Below, one piece after another: positions 1 through 9,604 of a stretch of 45,860 nt of DNA. The stretch comes from Alphaproteobacteria bacterium (GTDB lineage Bacteria > Pseudomonadota > Alphaproteobacteria > M2410). Made by a program: the position numbers and the translations under genes. The stretch lies in NCBI GenBank assembly GCA_006226305.1, contig SBHG01000173.1, positions 1 through 45,860 on the forward strand, written 5' to 3'. Within the stretch, counting starts at the first letter, position 1, and each line of letters starts with the position of its first letter. The notes beneath the pieces are model-generated. The model worked only from the letters and a program-made list of their open reading frames with translations. It did not search any database and was not told the DNA's origin.

Positions 1-790
1 CTTTGAACCAGTCAAGCTCATCCGGATTTCCAACCTGGAGCGGATGCGCCGCGCCGGTCAGAAATCCACTGTCAAAAAGCGCAGCCACATCTGCGCCGCC
101 CACCGGCCCATAGGCGATCCGCTTTCCCGCCACCTCGATCTCGACGAGAGGCTCCAGCCAATGCGCCCCGCGCGAGCCGGTACGCACCAGCTCAATGTCA
201 ATTCCGCGCGCGGCGGCTTCCCGCGCAATCGCGGCGGCGACTTCGTCAGACCCTTGCGCCAGAGCGGTTGTTTCATAAGGCACATAGACCTTTTGCCCCT
301 CGCCGCCAGCGCTCATCTGCAAAGGCACGGGCTCCTGCTTTAACAACCCGTCAAATCTTTCCGGCGTCACGGAGCCACAGACCTTTTCGCCGATCTGCGC
401 CGAGGGCCCACAAGCACAATTGCCAAGACAATAAACTGCCTCAAGCGTCACGGCGCCATCAGGCGTTGTCTCTCCAAACTCAACACCAAGAGAAGTTTTG
501 GCATGAGACGCCAACTCCCGCGCACCCACCGCCTGACAGGCCTCCGCCTGACAGATTCGCACTACCCTGTTTCCTTGAAGGGTTTCATGGAGGTCATGAT
601 AGAAGGAAAGCGTGCCAAAAACCTCGGCCCGCGACAGATTGAAAACCTCCGCGATCGCGCCAATCCATTCACGCGGCACATGACCCTTTGCCTTCTGCAC
701 AGCCTGTAGGGCAGGAAGCAACCCACCTCTTTCTTCAAGATAGGGCGCTAAAATCGCGTCAAGATCGCCTTGATCCATCATCCCGGTCAA
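1..790 (-). CDS. NAD-dependent formate dehydrogenase gamma+beta (FdsG-FdsB, NuoE/NuoF-like) fusion, runs off left edge
   Basis: Not in the ORF track; translated by hand. Start is TTG 790 (overlaps the fdhD TGA) or ATG 781/778. Contains FdsG [2Fe-2S] motifs ICQAEACQAVG and YCLGNCACGPSA, then continues without a stop through KQEPVPLQ-M(316) into an FdsB-type N-terminus (KVYVPYETTALAQGSDEVA...VRTGSRGAHWLEPLVEIE...IAYGPV). Confidence 0.88.
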   Translation of the reverse strand, partial: MTGMMDQGDLDAILAPYLEERGGLLPALQAVQKAKGHVPREWIGAIAEVFNLSRAEVFGTLSFYHDLHETLQGNRVVRICQAEACQAVGARELASHAKTSLGVEFGETTPDGAVTLEAVYCLGNCACGPSAQIGEKVCGSVTPERFDGLLKQEPVPLQMSAGGEGQKVYVPYETTALAQGSDEVAAAIAREAAARGIDIELVRTGSRGAHWLEPLVEIEVAGKRIAYGPVGGADVAALFDSGFLTGAAHPLQVGNPDELDWFK

Positions 791-1593
791 CAGATCACCC
801 TTTCACCCGGATTGTTATAGATAAGCATTGTATCCTCGCGCGCCACACAAGCAAGGCCGAGCCCTGCCGCCCGTGCCATATCCAGCGCCAGCCCCGTGGG
901 CGCGGAAATGGTCACCATCAGGCCGAACCCAGTCACGACCGCCTTTTGCACGAGCTCGACCGAACACCGACTTGTCAGGAGGAGAAATCCACTTTGTGGC
1001 GACACTCCCTCTCGCGCCAGGTGGCCGATAAGCTTGTCGAGCGCATTGTGGCGACCGATGTCCTCGCGCACGGCCAGAATGTCGCCGTCCGGCGAGACAA
1101 AGGCGGCGCCATGCACAGAGCGGGTCATCTCGTTAAGCTCCTGCGCGCCCCGCATCGCCGACAAGGCCTTAAAGATCGCTTCCTGAGGCACTGAAACTTC
1201 GGAGCAAACCTGCCGCAAGGGACGCATCGCCTCTTCAAGCTCAATCACCCCGCAAATTCCGCAACCCGATTGGCCGGGAAGATTGCGTCGACGCGATAGA
1301 ACTTTTTCAAAATTTGCTTTTGAAATTTCCACCTGCGCCAGAAGGCCTTGTTCGCTTTCGATGATGTCGAGCGACAGAATATCGCTTGCTTCGTCAATGA
1401 TGCCTTCACTCAGCGAAAAACCCGTAACAAAGTCCTCCACATGCAAAGGGCTCATGAACATCACCACATGGGCGACCCCATTGTAAGAAAGTGCCACGGC
1501 GACTTCAGCGGCCACATCCCGCGCAACGGGCCGCGACACCTCGCGGCCAATCTCTTGAGGCTTTTCCGTTTGGAAGGGGTTGAAACGGGTCAA
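787..1593 (-). CDS. fdhD: formate dehydrogenase accessory sulfurtransferase FdhD/FdsC
   Basis: SGCGICG, VHGAA, REDIGRHNALDKLIG, SRCSVELVQKA and ISAPT motifs; directly upstream of the FDH gene. Confidence 0.95.
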   Translation of the reverse strand: MTRFNPFQTEKPQEIGREVSRPVARDVAAEVAVALSYNGVAHVVMFMSPLHVEDFVTGFSLSEGIIDEASDILSLDIIESEQGLLAQVEISKANFEKVLSRRRNLPGQSGCGICGVIELEEAMRPLRQVCSEVSVPQEAIFKALSAMRGAQELNEMTRSVHGAAFVSPDGDILAVREDIGRHNALDKLIGHLAREGVSPQSGFLLLTSRCSVELVQKAVVTGFGLMVTISAPTGLALDMARAAGLGLACVAREDTMLIYNNPGERVIC

Positions 1594-1770
1594 AACCAGC
1601 TCTTTTTTGATTGGCGATCTTTAGCACAATCCCTCAAAACCAGGGGACCTGTCAATTACGGCACACGCGTTCGAGTTGGGCCCTCTGGCTTGTGAGAAAT
1701 CATTGACCATCTGGCCGCCGATGTGTCATGCCCTTAAGAGCTTTCCCGCCGGCCCAATAGAGGAAAACCC

Positions 1771-2439
1771 ATGACAACTGAACCATTGACAATTGCCATC
1801 CTCGGCGGCACCGGCGCATTGGGCGGCGGCCTCGCCAAGCGCTGGTCACAAGCCGGACTAAAGGTCATCATCGGCTCGCGCACCCTTGAAAAAGCCGAAG
1901 GCGCTGTGGAGGATTTCAAAGCCAGCTTTGGCGACGTGGATCTGACGCCGATGGAAAATCTGGCAGCAGCTAAAGCGGCAGACATCGCCGTCCTCACGGT
2001 CCCTTTTGCCCATCAGGCTGCAACCTTAGAATATCTCAAAGGCGCTCTTGAAGGAAAAATCCTGATTGATGTCACCGTGCCCCTGGTGCCGCCAAAAGTT
2101 GCGGTCGTGCAACTTCCCGAAGGGGGGTCAGCTGGCGAGATCGCACAAAATCTATTAGGCGAAACGGTCAAGGTCGTCTCCGCCTTTCAGAATATCGCCG
2201 CCGCGCATTTGGCGGGCGACCATGAAATAGATTGCGATGTGCTCGTCAGCGGCAACGACCGCGAGGCCTGCACTCAGGTCATCGAACTGGCCGGCAAGGC
2301 CGGTATGCGCGGCTTTTACGCCGGCCCCATTGCCAATGCGGTGGCCGCCGAAGCACTCACGTCAATTCTCATTCAGATCAACCGCACGCACAAATGTCAC
2401 GCGGGCATTCGCATCTCGGGCCTTAGCGAAAACCACTAA
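1771..2439 (+). CDS. npdG: NADPH-dependent F420 reductase (F420H2:NADP+ oxidoreductase)
   Basis: IAILGGTGALGGGLA, IIGSR, VVSAFQNIAA and IDCDVLV motifs; first gene of an operon with cofE and cofD. Confidence 0.92.
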   Translation: MTTEPLTIAILGGTGALGGGLAKRWSQAGLKVIIGSRTLEKAEGAVEDFKASFGDVDLTPMENLAAAKAADIAVLTVPFAHQAATLEYLKGALEGKILIDVTVPLVPPKVAVVQLPEGGSAGEIAQNLLGETVKVVSAFQNIAAAHLAGDHEIDCDVLVSGNDREACTQVIELAGKAGMRGFYAGPIANAVAAEALTSILIQINRTHKCHAGIRISGLSENH

Positions 2440-2441
2440 CT

Positions 2442-3191
2442 ATGTCCCTCACCCTAACACCTCTGATCGGTCTGCCGATGATCCAGAAAGGTGACGATCT
2501 TGCCGCCCTTGCCCTTGAGGCGCTCAAAAGGCAAGGTTTAAAACTCCAATCCGGCGACATTCTGGTCATTGCCCAGAAAATTGTTTCCAAGGCCGAGGGA
2601 CGTCAGATTAACCTGACAAAGATCACCCCGTCTGCCGAGGCGAGCGCCCTTGCGGCAGAAACCAATAAAGACCCAAGGATCGTCGAGCTTATCCTGCAGG
2701 AATCGCAAAGCGTCATTCGAAAGCGCAAGGACGTGCTCATTGTTGAAGGCAACCTTGGTCTCATCCACGCCAATGCCGGGATTGACCAATCAAATGTCGA
2801 GGGCGACGATACAGCGCTTCTCTTGCCCGTTGACCCGGACACTTCAGCCAAAGCTCTCAAAGACAGAATCGATACTGCCTGCGGCACTGACATTGGCATT
2901 ATTATTAACGACTCCGTTGGGCGCGCTTGGCGCAAGGGCACGGTGGGACTTGCTATAGGCGTTGCCGGTGTCGTTGCACTGCAGGATCTCAGAGGTGTAG
3001 AGGATCTGACCGGTCGCACCCTTGAGACGACAGAGGTCGGCCTTGCTGACCAGATTGCCGCCGCCGCATCCCTTGTGCAAGGACAAGCGGACGAAGGCAC
3101 ACCCATCGTCCTCCTAAGCGGACTGAACGCACGTGGGCAAGGCACCGCCCGCGATGTTTTACGGGCGCCTAATGAGGACCTCTTCCGATGA
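2442..3191 (+). CDS. cofE: coenzyme F420-0:L-glutamate ligase
   Basis: GDDLA, AQKIVSKAEGR, ANAGIDQSN, DSVGRAWRKG and C-terminal EDLFR. Confidence 0.95.
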   Translation: MSLTLTPLIGLPMIQKGDDLAALALEALKRQGLKLQSGDILVIAQKIVSKAEGRQINLTKITPSAEASALAAETNKDPRIVELILQESQSVIRKRKDVLIVEGNLGLIHANAGIDQSNVEGDDTALLLPVDPDTSAKALKDRIDTACGTDIGIIINDSVGRAWRKGTVGLAIGVAGVVALQDLRGVEDLTGRTLETTEVGLADQIAAAASLVQGQADEGTPIVLLSGLNARGQGTARDVLRAPNEDLFR

Positions 3192-4132
3192 GCGGCAAAG
3201 TTGTTGCACTGTCGGGCGGTGTGGGCGGCGCCAAATTGGCCCTTGGCCTGTCGAAAATCCTGGCGCCGGAAGACCTCACCATTATCGCCAACACAGGCGA
3301 TGATTTCGAGCATCTGGGTCTCCACATCTCACCGGACATCGATACCCTGATCTATACCCTTGCGGATATGGCAAACCCCGAACAGGGCTGGGGCATCCGC
3401 AATGAGACCTGGAATTTCATGGCAGGTCTCAAAGCAGCAGGCGGCGAGACCTGGTTTCAGCTGGGCGACAAGGATCTGGTCACCCATGTGCTGCGCACCA
3501 AAGCGCTGCGGGAAGGCACCTCCCTGACAGAAATCACAAGAGACCTTTGCGCGCGCTACGGCGCCCGCCACAAAATCTTGCCTATGTCTGATGACCCTGT
3601 TCGCACACGCGTTAAGACCAATGAAGGTCCTCTCGAATTTCAGCACTATTTTGTGCGTGAACGCTGCCTGCCTGAAATTTCAGGCATTGAATTTACCGGC
3701 ATGGACACGGCCCGCCTTAACCCGGCGATCGAAACAGCGATTACAGACCCCGACCTCTCAGCGATTGTCATCTGTCCGTCCAATCCCTTTGTCAGCGTGG
3801 ACCCGATCCTGAAAACCGGCAACATGCGCGCCCTCATCAAGGCAAGCGGCGCACCGGTGATTGCCGTCTCCCCCATCGTCGGCGGCCAGGCGCTCAAGGG
3901 CCCCGCCGCCAAAATGATGCGGGAACTTGGGTTACCGACAAACGTCAACGGCATCGCCGACCATTACGAGGGACTGATCGATGCGCTCATCATCGACCAG
4001 AGGGATCACGCCTGCATGCAAGAATTGCAATCGCGACCTTTCAGAACATTCGCAACAAACACAATCATGGCCTGTCTGGAAGACAAAGTTGCTCTCGCCA
4101 CTGACACCTTGGCGCTTATCACCAATTTCTAG
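3188..4132 (+). CDS. cofD: 2-phospho-L-lactate/phosphoenolpyruvate transferase (F420 biosynthesis)
   Basis: LSGGVGGAKL, NTGDDFEHLGLHISPDIDT, WFQLGDKD, FQHYFV, PSNPFVS and KGPAAKMM; ATGA overlap with cofE. Confidence 0.95.
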   Translation: MSGKVVALSGGVGGAKLALGLSKILAPEDLTIIANTGDDFEHLGLHISPDIDTLIYTLADMANPEQGWGIRNETWNFMAGLKAAGGETWFQLGDKDLVTHVLRTKALREGTSLTEITRDLCARYGARHKILPMSDDPVRTRVKTNEGPLEFQHYFVRERCLPEISGIEFTGMDTARLNPAIETAITDPDLSAIVICPSNPFVSVDPILKTGNMRALIKASGAPVIAVSPIVGGQALKGPAAKMMRELGLPTNVNGIADHYEGLIDALIIDQRDHACMQELQSRPFRTFATNTIMACLEDKVALATDTLALITNF

Positions 4133-4135
4133 AAA

Positions 4136-4555
4136 TCAGTCGGACGTGCCCACATGGGTTGCCCGGTAGCGGTCAATCAGGCGCCGGATTTTGCCGGGAT
4201 TAGGCATGGCGCGGATATCAATCTCATAACCGTCTGACCCGGCCGATGAAATCATGACGGAGCCCACATTAAAAAGACGCTCCCAGAAAGTTTGTTCAAT
4301 ATGAACCGTGCGAATATCAGACATGCGCACCTCCGTGCGCCGCACATTCAAGATCCCCTGAATAAAGATCACGACCGTTTCGGTGATCTGCATGCGGGTT
4401 GAATAAGACTGGATCCACCATCTGCCCAGCAGATAAAGGCCATAGCCCAGAACAGGAACCAAAAGCAGATACATCAAAAAGCGAAGCGGCGCTTCCCGGA
4501 ACATCCGAGGGTGGCTGCTATAAAGCACTCGACTGCCTGCATAAGTACGTGCCAC
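4136..4555 (-). CDS. membrane-anchored bacterial PH-domain (bPH_2/YdbT-like) protein
   Basis: N-terminal hydrophobic segment, then QGILNVRRTEVRMSDIRTVHIEQTFWERLFNVGSVMISSAG, typical of bPH_2. Confidence 0.8.
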   Translation of the reverse strand: MARTYAGSRVLYSSHPRMFREAPLRFLMYLLLVPVLGYGLYLLGRWWIQSYSTRMQITETVVIFIQGILNVRRTEVRMSDIRTVHIEQTFWERLFNVGSVMISSAGSDGYEIDIRAMPNPGKIRRLIDRYRATHVGTSD

Positions 4556-4771
4556 GACTAGTGACTCCCCTTGTTACCCTCGGCTTAATCAAGCCGACCA
4601 GAGGCCCCCGCCCCAGTTGAAATTCCTATCATGACAAGCTAGTTGTGTCGAGCACTACACGCAGGATGCGAAATCAAAAATCCACCCTTTTTCGCTGTTT
4701 TCTGCCTTTCTTAGGGGCATTGCTTCTGTCATAGATAGGGGGATCCATTAATTGAACGCCAAGAGCATTTC

Positions 4772-5617
4772 ATGACCAGGCCATATGATCTCCACCCACT
4801 GAATCAGGATTTTTCATGGGTGCCTCACGAGGGCCCCTTTCGCCTTTTTAGCGAGAACGAAGTCGCCCGATTTGACGCAGAGGGTTTTCTCCTGGCGGAG
4901 AATGTCGTTGATGCCAATACATTGGCCGCCCTCCAGGCTGAAATTGATCCTGTGGAACAAGCCGAAGAAGCCGCACTGAAAGCAAGCCAAGAAGGCCGAA
5001 CCTTTATTGCCGTGCCGGATGCCATTTCCTTCACCGTGCATCTGGTCAAGCAGCTGCCGGCGGTGCGCGCCTTTTCAAAGTCAAAACTGTTTCAGGACAT
5101 CACCCACGACCTCATTGGTCCCGATGTGCGGCTCTATTGGGATCAGGCGGTTTACAAAAAGCCGGAAAACCCCAAGGAGTTCCCCTTTCATCAGGACAAC
5201 GGTTATACCTTCATTGAGCCGCAAGCCTATTTGACCTGCTGGGTACCCCTGGTCGATGCCACAATTGAGAACGGCTGCCCCTGGGTCGTGCCGGGTCTGC
5301 ACAAGCTTGGCACCCTCAAGCACACGTTGATGGATCTCGGTCTGCAGTGCATGGAAGATCACCCAGAGGCGGTTCCGGTCCCCGCCAAAGCGGGCTCTGT
5401 TGTCATCTTTTCCTCGCTCACCCCTCATCGAACAGGACCAAACCTCACCAAAGGCATACGCAAAGCGCTAATCCTGCAATACGCACCAGACGGCGCGCGG
5501 ATGCTGGGCGATGAAAGTCAGATGAATTTGATGAGCGACGATGGCGCGGCAGGCATCCCGCAAAATAACCCGGATCGGCAATATCTGATCGTCAAAGACG
5601 GCGCCCCCGCCGCTTAG
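4772..5617 (+). CDS. phytanoyl-CoA dioxygenase (PhyH) family Fe(II)/2-oxoglutarate dioxygenase
   Basis: FHQDNGY, TCWVPLVDATIENGC and PHRTGPN...R supply the HxD...H triad and the 2OG-binding Arg. Confidence 0.88.
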   Translation: MTRPYDLHPLNQDFSWVPHEGPFRLFSENEVARFDAEGFLLAENVVDANTLAALQAEIDPVEQAEEAALKASQEGRTFIAVPDAISFTVHLVKQLPAVRAFSKSKLFQDITHDLIGPDVRLYWDQAVYKKPENPKEFPFHQDNGYTFIEPQAYLTCWVPLVDATIENGCPWVVPGLHKLGTLKHTLMDLGLQCMEDHPEAVPVPAKAGSVVIFSSLTPHRTGPNLTKGIRKALILQYAPDGARMLGDESQMNLMSDDGAAGIPQNNPDRQYLIVKDGAPAA

Positions 5618-6318
5618 GCGTTGACCGAAAGAAAGCGCGGCTTGTCCTCCCCTAAGGCCACGGCTTGCAGGGTGCCAAAATAACAAGCGCCCGCATCAAC
5701 ATTGATTCGGTTGTGTAAAATTTCGCCGCCACGCACCGGCGTATGACCATGAACAATGAGTTTTCCATGATCGCGCGGGTCATCCAAAAACCGATTGCGG
5801 ATCCAGATCTGCTCATAAGGCTCCTGGTCGGCAAGCGGCACTCCCGGCAAAATCCCGGCATGGACAAAATAATATTCCGCTGTTTCATAGGAATAGGGCA
5901 ATTGGGTTATCCAATCGATATGACGCTCCGGAATATCTTGAAGGAGAGATCCATAAGACTCCCGATGGTTGACCGCGCGTTCCAGCTGGACCATATCCAC
6001 GCCATAGGAAGCAAGGGTTTCAGAACCGCCCGCATTCTGGCGCAGATACATAATCGAATGATCGGGATCTTCCTCATGAATAAAATCGAGGAAGAGTTGT
6101 TCATGATTGCCAAAGAGGCAGGTCACGACGAAGCCATCAATGGGCCTCATTAGGCGTTCGATTACACCATTTGAGTCCGGTCCCCGGTCGACATAATCGC
6201 CGACAAAAACGATTTCTGGGTTGTGCGCGCCCACACGATCCGCGTCCGCGCGAACAGCCGTCAGCATCATTTCCAACAGCTCAAGTTCGCCGTGGATATC
6301 CCCAACCGCATAGATCAT
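5614..6318 (-). CDS. calcineurin-like metallophosphoesterase (PphA-like Ser/Thr phosphatase family)
   Basis: GDIHG, GDYVDRGPDS, GNHE, FVHAG and VHGHTP motifs. Confidence 0.92.
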   Translation of the reverse strand: MIYAVGDIHGELELLEMMLTAVRADADRVGAHNPEIVFVGDYVDRGPDSNGVIERLMRPIDGFVVTCLFGNHEQLFLDFIHEEDPDHSIMYLRQNAGGSETLASYGVDMVQLERAVNHRESYGSLLQDIPERHIDWITQLPYSYETAEYYFVHAGILPGVPLADQEPYEQIWIRNRFLDDPRDHGKLIVHGHTPVRGGEILHNRINVDAGACYFGTLQAVALGEDKPRFLSVNA

Positions 6319-6729
6319 TTAAAAATACTCAACCAAAGCCATCTCCGCCAAATAGGGTCGAAGACGCCCTTCGTCAACCAAAAGGAGATGGGACGGACAT
6401 GTTTTACAGTCGCTACTTCCAAACCCGGGCACCGGAAAAGCACTGCCAGAAAGCGCGGAAAACTGCGAAACCAGGTCGCATTCCTGTCCTTCAGGCACAC
6501 GCCCGACCAAACGTACCTTGCCTTGTGTGGTTAGCTGATCCACATGCCAGCGCTGTTTTTTGTGGCGCTTCAAATGCCGGTTGAGCCGCGCCTCCATGCC
6601 GCCCGGCCCATAAGCACTCCCGCAATAAAGGTAAAAACCGGGCGCCAGTCGCGCCGAACCAAAGGACGCGCCGGCAAGTAATAAGAAACGCTTAGTTTCA
6701 ATGCCCAGAAAATAGGCACCTTTGGTCAC
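6319..6729 (-). CDS. GIY-YIG/Uri superfamily nuclease-like protein (DUF123-like)
   Basis: GAY...GFYLYCGSAYGPGG..RLNRH...WHVD...EC...GFGSSDCKTCPSHL. Start placed at GTG 6729 behind AGGGGG (ORF track gives 6777). Its stop abuts the phosphoesterase ATG. Confidence 0.8.
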   Translation of the reverse strand: MTKGAYFLGIETKRFLLLAGASFGSARLAPGFYLYCGSAYGPGGMEARLNRHLKRHKKQRWHVDQLTTQGKVRLVGRVPEGQECDLVSQFSALSGSAFPVPGFGSSDCKTCPSHLLLVDEGRLRPYLAEMALVEYF

Positions 6730-6823
6730 GCGATTCCCCCTTTTTTGCATTGCATGGTTGGTCAAACTTAAAGTCATCCTATATGAAAGTCAGACAGGAC
6801 GAAAATCACTCCCAAACCCCAAC

Positions 6824-7870
6824 ATGAACCTTTCACCTCGCCGACAACAGGAACTTCGAAATCTGGCATGGACAATTGTCCTTGTCGCACCGATCGGCGG
6901 CCTCATCGGTTTCATCATCGCCTATACCTCAGGCGGAGATCTTTATTGGCATGGTCTGGTGCAAGGTGCCTTTACCGCGACCTTTATTTCTCTTTGCGTT
7001 GGTGGTCTCACGATTTTCTATCGCAACTCCCCAAGCGGCCATTGGCTCAGGCGTTTGTCATTCAAACAATCGCTCGCCTTCAATTCACTCGTTTACCTCC
7101 TCGTCATCATGATCGGGATCCGGCTGGGGGTCTCGCTGTTTTACCGCGTCAACTTTCTGGAGTTTCGTTGGCTTGCGACTGAAACCCTCATCGCCCTTTT
7201 GCTGTCGGCGGTCATCGCCATTGTCATCAATCTCGGGCAGCAAATGGATCGCATGCTGGGACAGGGCGTTCTGAAGAAATATCTGTCCGGCGCCTATCAC
7301 AAGCCCAGAGAAGAAGAGCGTATCTTTCTCTTTATTGATGTCATCGGCTCCACCGGTATTGCCGAACGCATCGGCGCTATCAAGTTTCACGCCCTCTTGG
7401 ATCGATTCTTTTACGACCTGACAGACCCGGTTCTTGCCAACAAAGGCGAAATCCACAAATACGTCGGTGATGAAGTCATTATCTCATGGCCTGTCACTCA
7501 AAGCGGAGTTAAGGGCAATGCGCTAAAATGTTTTTTTGATATCAAACAGGAGATGGAACGGCACAAAGATCATTACGAGACCCAATTTGGCTTTGTACCC
7601 AGCTTTCGCGGCGCCATTAACGCGGGACCTGTCGTCACTGGCGAAATTGGCGACATTAAGCAGGAAATAGTTTTCCTGGGTGACACAGTCAACACAGCCG
7701 CGCGCATTCTTTCAAAGGCGTCAGAGCTAAAACGAGAGCTTTTCATGTCGCAATCCGCGCGCGAAATTCTCCCAATCCCAAAGAACCTGGCAGCGGAAAG
7801 CCTGGGCGTTCAGGTGCTGCGCGGCCGCCAACAACATATCGAACTCTTCGCCGTTCACGAGCAATCCTGA
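6824..7870 (+). CDS. membrane-bound class III adenylate/guanylate cyclase
   Basis: About four N-terminal TM segments, then FIDVIGST, KYVGDE and GDTVNTAAR. Likely start ATG 6824. Confidence 0.9.
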   Translation: MNLSPRRQQELRNLAWTIVLVAPIGGLIGFIIAYTSGGDLYWHGLVQGAFTATFISLCVGGLTIFYRNSPSGHWLRRLSFKQSLAFNSLVYLLVIMIGIRLGVSLFYRVNFLEFRWLATETLIALLLSAVIAIVINLGQQMDRMLGQGVLKKYLSGAYHKPREEERIFLFIDVIGSTGIAERIGAIKFHALLDRFFYDLTDPVLANKGEIHKYVGDEVIISWPVTQSGVKGNALKCFFDIKQEMERHKDHYETQFGFVPSFRGAINAGPVVTGEIGDIKQEIVFLGDTVNTAARILSKASELKRELFMSQSAREILPIPKNLAAESLGVQVLRGRQQHIELFAVHEQS

Positions 7871-7966
7871 CAAAGCCTGCACAAACAAAGCCCGCACTAG
7901 GCGCACCAGCTCAAAGCCTCTATACTGCCCCGACAACACACCGCATGACCTTGGGAGGGGCCACAA

Positions 7967-9604
7967 ATGCATCTGAAATTCCGGCATATTGCCGCCGCAG
8001 CCGCCTTGCTCACTGCCGCAGCCTGCGATCGCAAGAGCGAGCAAACAGGCCCTGAACAGGCATCGTCATCTCAACCTTCAACAGAAATTGTCATTCCAGG
8101 CTCTGAGTTTCATGGCATCCACGGCCTGACATTTGGTGAAGATGGCATGATCTATGTCGGCTCCGTCGTCGGCATGTCCATTTACCGGGTCGACCCGGAC
8201 ACAGGTGCCGTGGAACTTTTCGAAGGCCCGCCGCAGGGTCAGGCAGATGATCTCGAGTTTAACGCCGACGGCGCCTTGGCCTGGACGTCATTTACCCTTG
8301 GACAGCTTCACATGCGCGACCCGGATGGCACGGTGCGCGTCCTGGCCGACAATCTTTATGGCATCAATTCGCTTGCCTTCAATGCACAGGGACGGCTTTT
8401 TGCCACCCAGGTCTTCCTCGGCGATGCTCTTTATGAATTTGACCCTGCCGGCGAAAACCCACCCCGCAAAATTATCGAAGGCATGGGCGGCCTCAACGGC
8501 TTCGACTTCGGTCCGGACGGCAAGCTCTATGGTCCCCTTTGGTTTAAGGGGCAAATTGTCCGTGTGGATGTGGAAACCGGCGCGCTGGAAGTCATTGTCG
8601 AGGGCCTGAATGTGCCGGCCGCGGCAAATTTCGATTCCCACGGCAACCTCTATACAATCGACAACGAGACCGGCGAGATCTTTGAGATCGACATCGAAAA
8701 CAAATCCGCCACCCGCGTCGCAACAGCGCCTACCAATTTGGACAATCTCGCCTTCGATGAAGATGACAAACTCTTTGTCACGAACATGTCCGACAATGGC
8801 ATCTATGAGGTCAATACCAACACAGGCGAAATTCGCCTCGTCGTTGCCGGACCGCTCACGACACCTGGCGGCCTGTCCTACGACAATGGCCAGATTTACG
8901 TAGCCGACACCTTCTCGCTGTCGAAAGTTGACCCTATGGGCGGCGATGTCTCGGACCTCTCCCGGGTTATCTCTGATCACGAATACCCAACGGAAGTCGA
9001 TGCCTCCGGCGCGCATATCATGACCACTTCCTTTAACGCCGGCTTTGTTCAGGCCTATGACAAGCAGAGCGAACGAAGGGTCAGCCGCTGGACAGGCTTT
9101 AACGGACCGACGGGGGTTTTGGAGCTGCAAGATGGATCCGTCCTGGTCGCCGAGGTCGGGTCAGGTCAGCTTATCCGCGTCAGTGGTGAAAATGGCGAGA
9201 CACGGGAAGTCGTCGCCGCTGAGCTGGAGGGCATTACCGACATTGCCCGGTTTAAAGAAAACAAAGTTGTCGTAACTACCTATGTGCCGGGGGATGTCGT
9301 CGTTGTCGACCTGACAACCGGCGAGAAGATCACAATTGCCTCCGGGCTTAGCGGCCCGGAAGGAATTGCCGTAGAGCCAGGTCACAACATCCTTGTCGTC
9401 GAAGTTGGCAAGCGGCGCCTGATTCGCATTAACCCACTTTCTGACCAGATCACGGAAGTTGTTGGCGACTTGCCCATTGGCCTGCCCGGTTATCCGCTGG
9501 CGCCGCCGAGCTACATCATGTCCGGCGTCACGGTGTCGCCAGAAGGCGAAATCTTCCTGGCGTCTGACATCGACAATTCGATACTAAAAGTGGTCGGAAA
9601 CTAA
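7967..9604 (+). CDS. lipoprotein with tandem beta-propellers (SMP-30/gluconolactonase/NHL-like repeats)
   Basis: Signal peptide with lipobox LLTAAAC; repeated G-hydrophobic-x-F-x-x-D-G-x-L-Y-V blades over about 500 aa. Confidence 0.78.
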   Translation: MHLKFRHIAAAAALLTAAACDRKSEQTGPEQASSSQPSTEIVIPGSEFHGIHGLTFGEDGMIYVGSVVGMSIYRVDPDTGAVELFEGPPQGQADDLEFNADGALAWTSFTLGQLHMRDPDGTVRVLADNLYGINSLAFNAQGRLFATQVFLGDALYEFDPAGENPPRKIIEGMGGLNGFDFGPDGKLYGPLWFKGQIVRVDVETGALEVIVEGLNVPAAANFDSHGNLYTIDNETGEIFEIDIENKSATRVATAPTNLDNLAFDEDDKLFVTNMSDNGIYEVNTNTGEIRLVVAGPLTTPGGLSYDNGQIYVADTFSLSKVDPMGGDVSDLSRVISDHEYPTEVDASGAHIMTTSFNAGFVQAYDKQSERRVSRWTGFNGPTGVLELQDGSVLVAEVGSGQLIRVSGENGETREVVAAELEGITDIARFKENKVVVTTYVPGDVVVVDLTTGEKITIASGLSGPEGIAVEPGHNILVVEVGKRRLIRINPLSDQITEVVGDLPIGLPGYPLAPPSYIMSGVTVSPEGEIFLASDIDNSILKVVGN

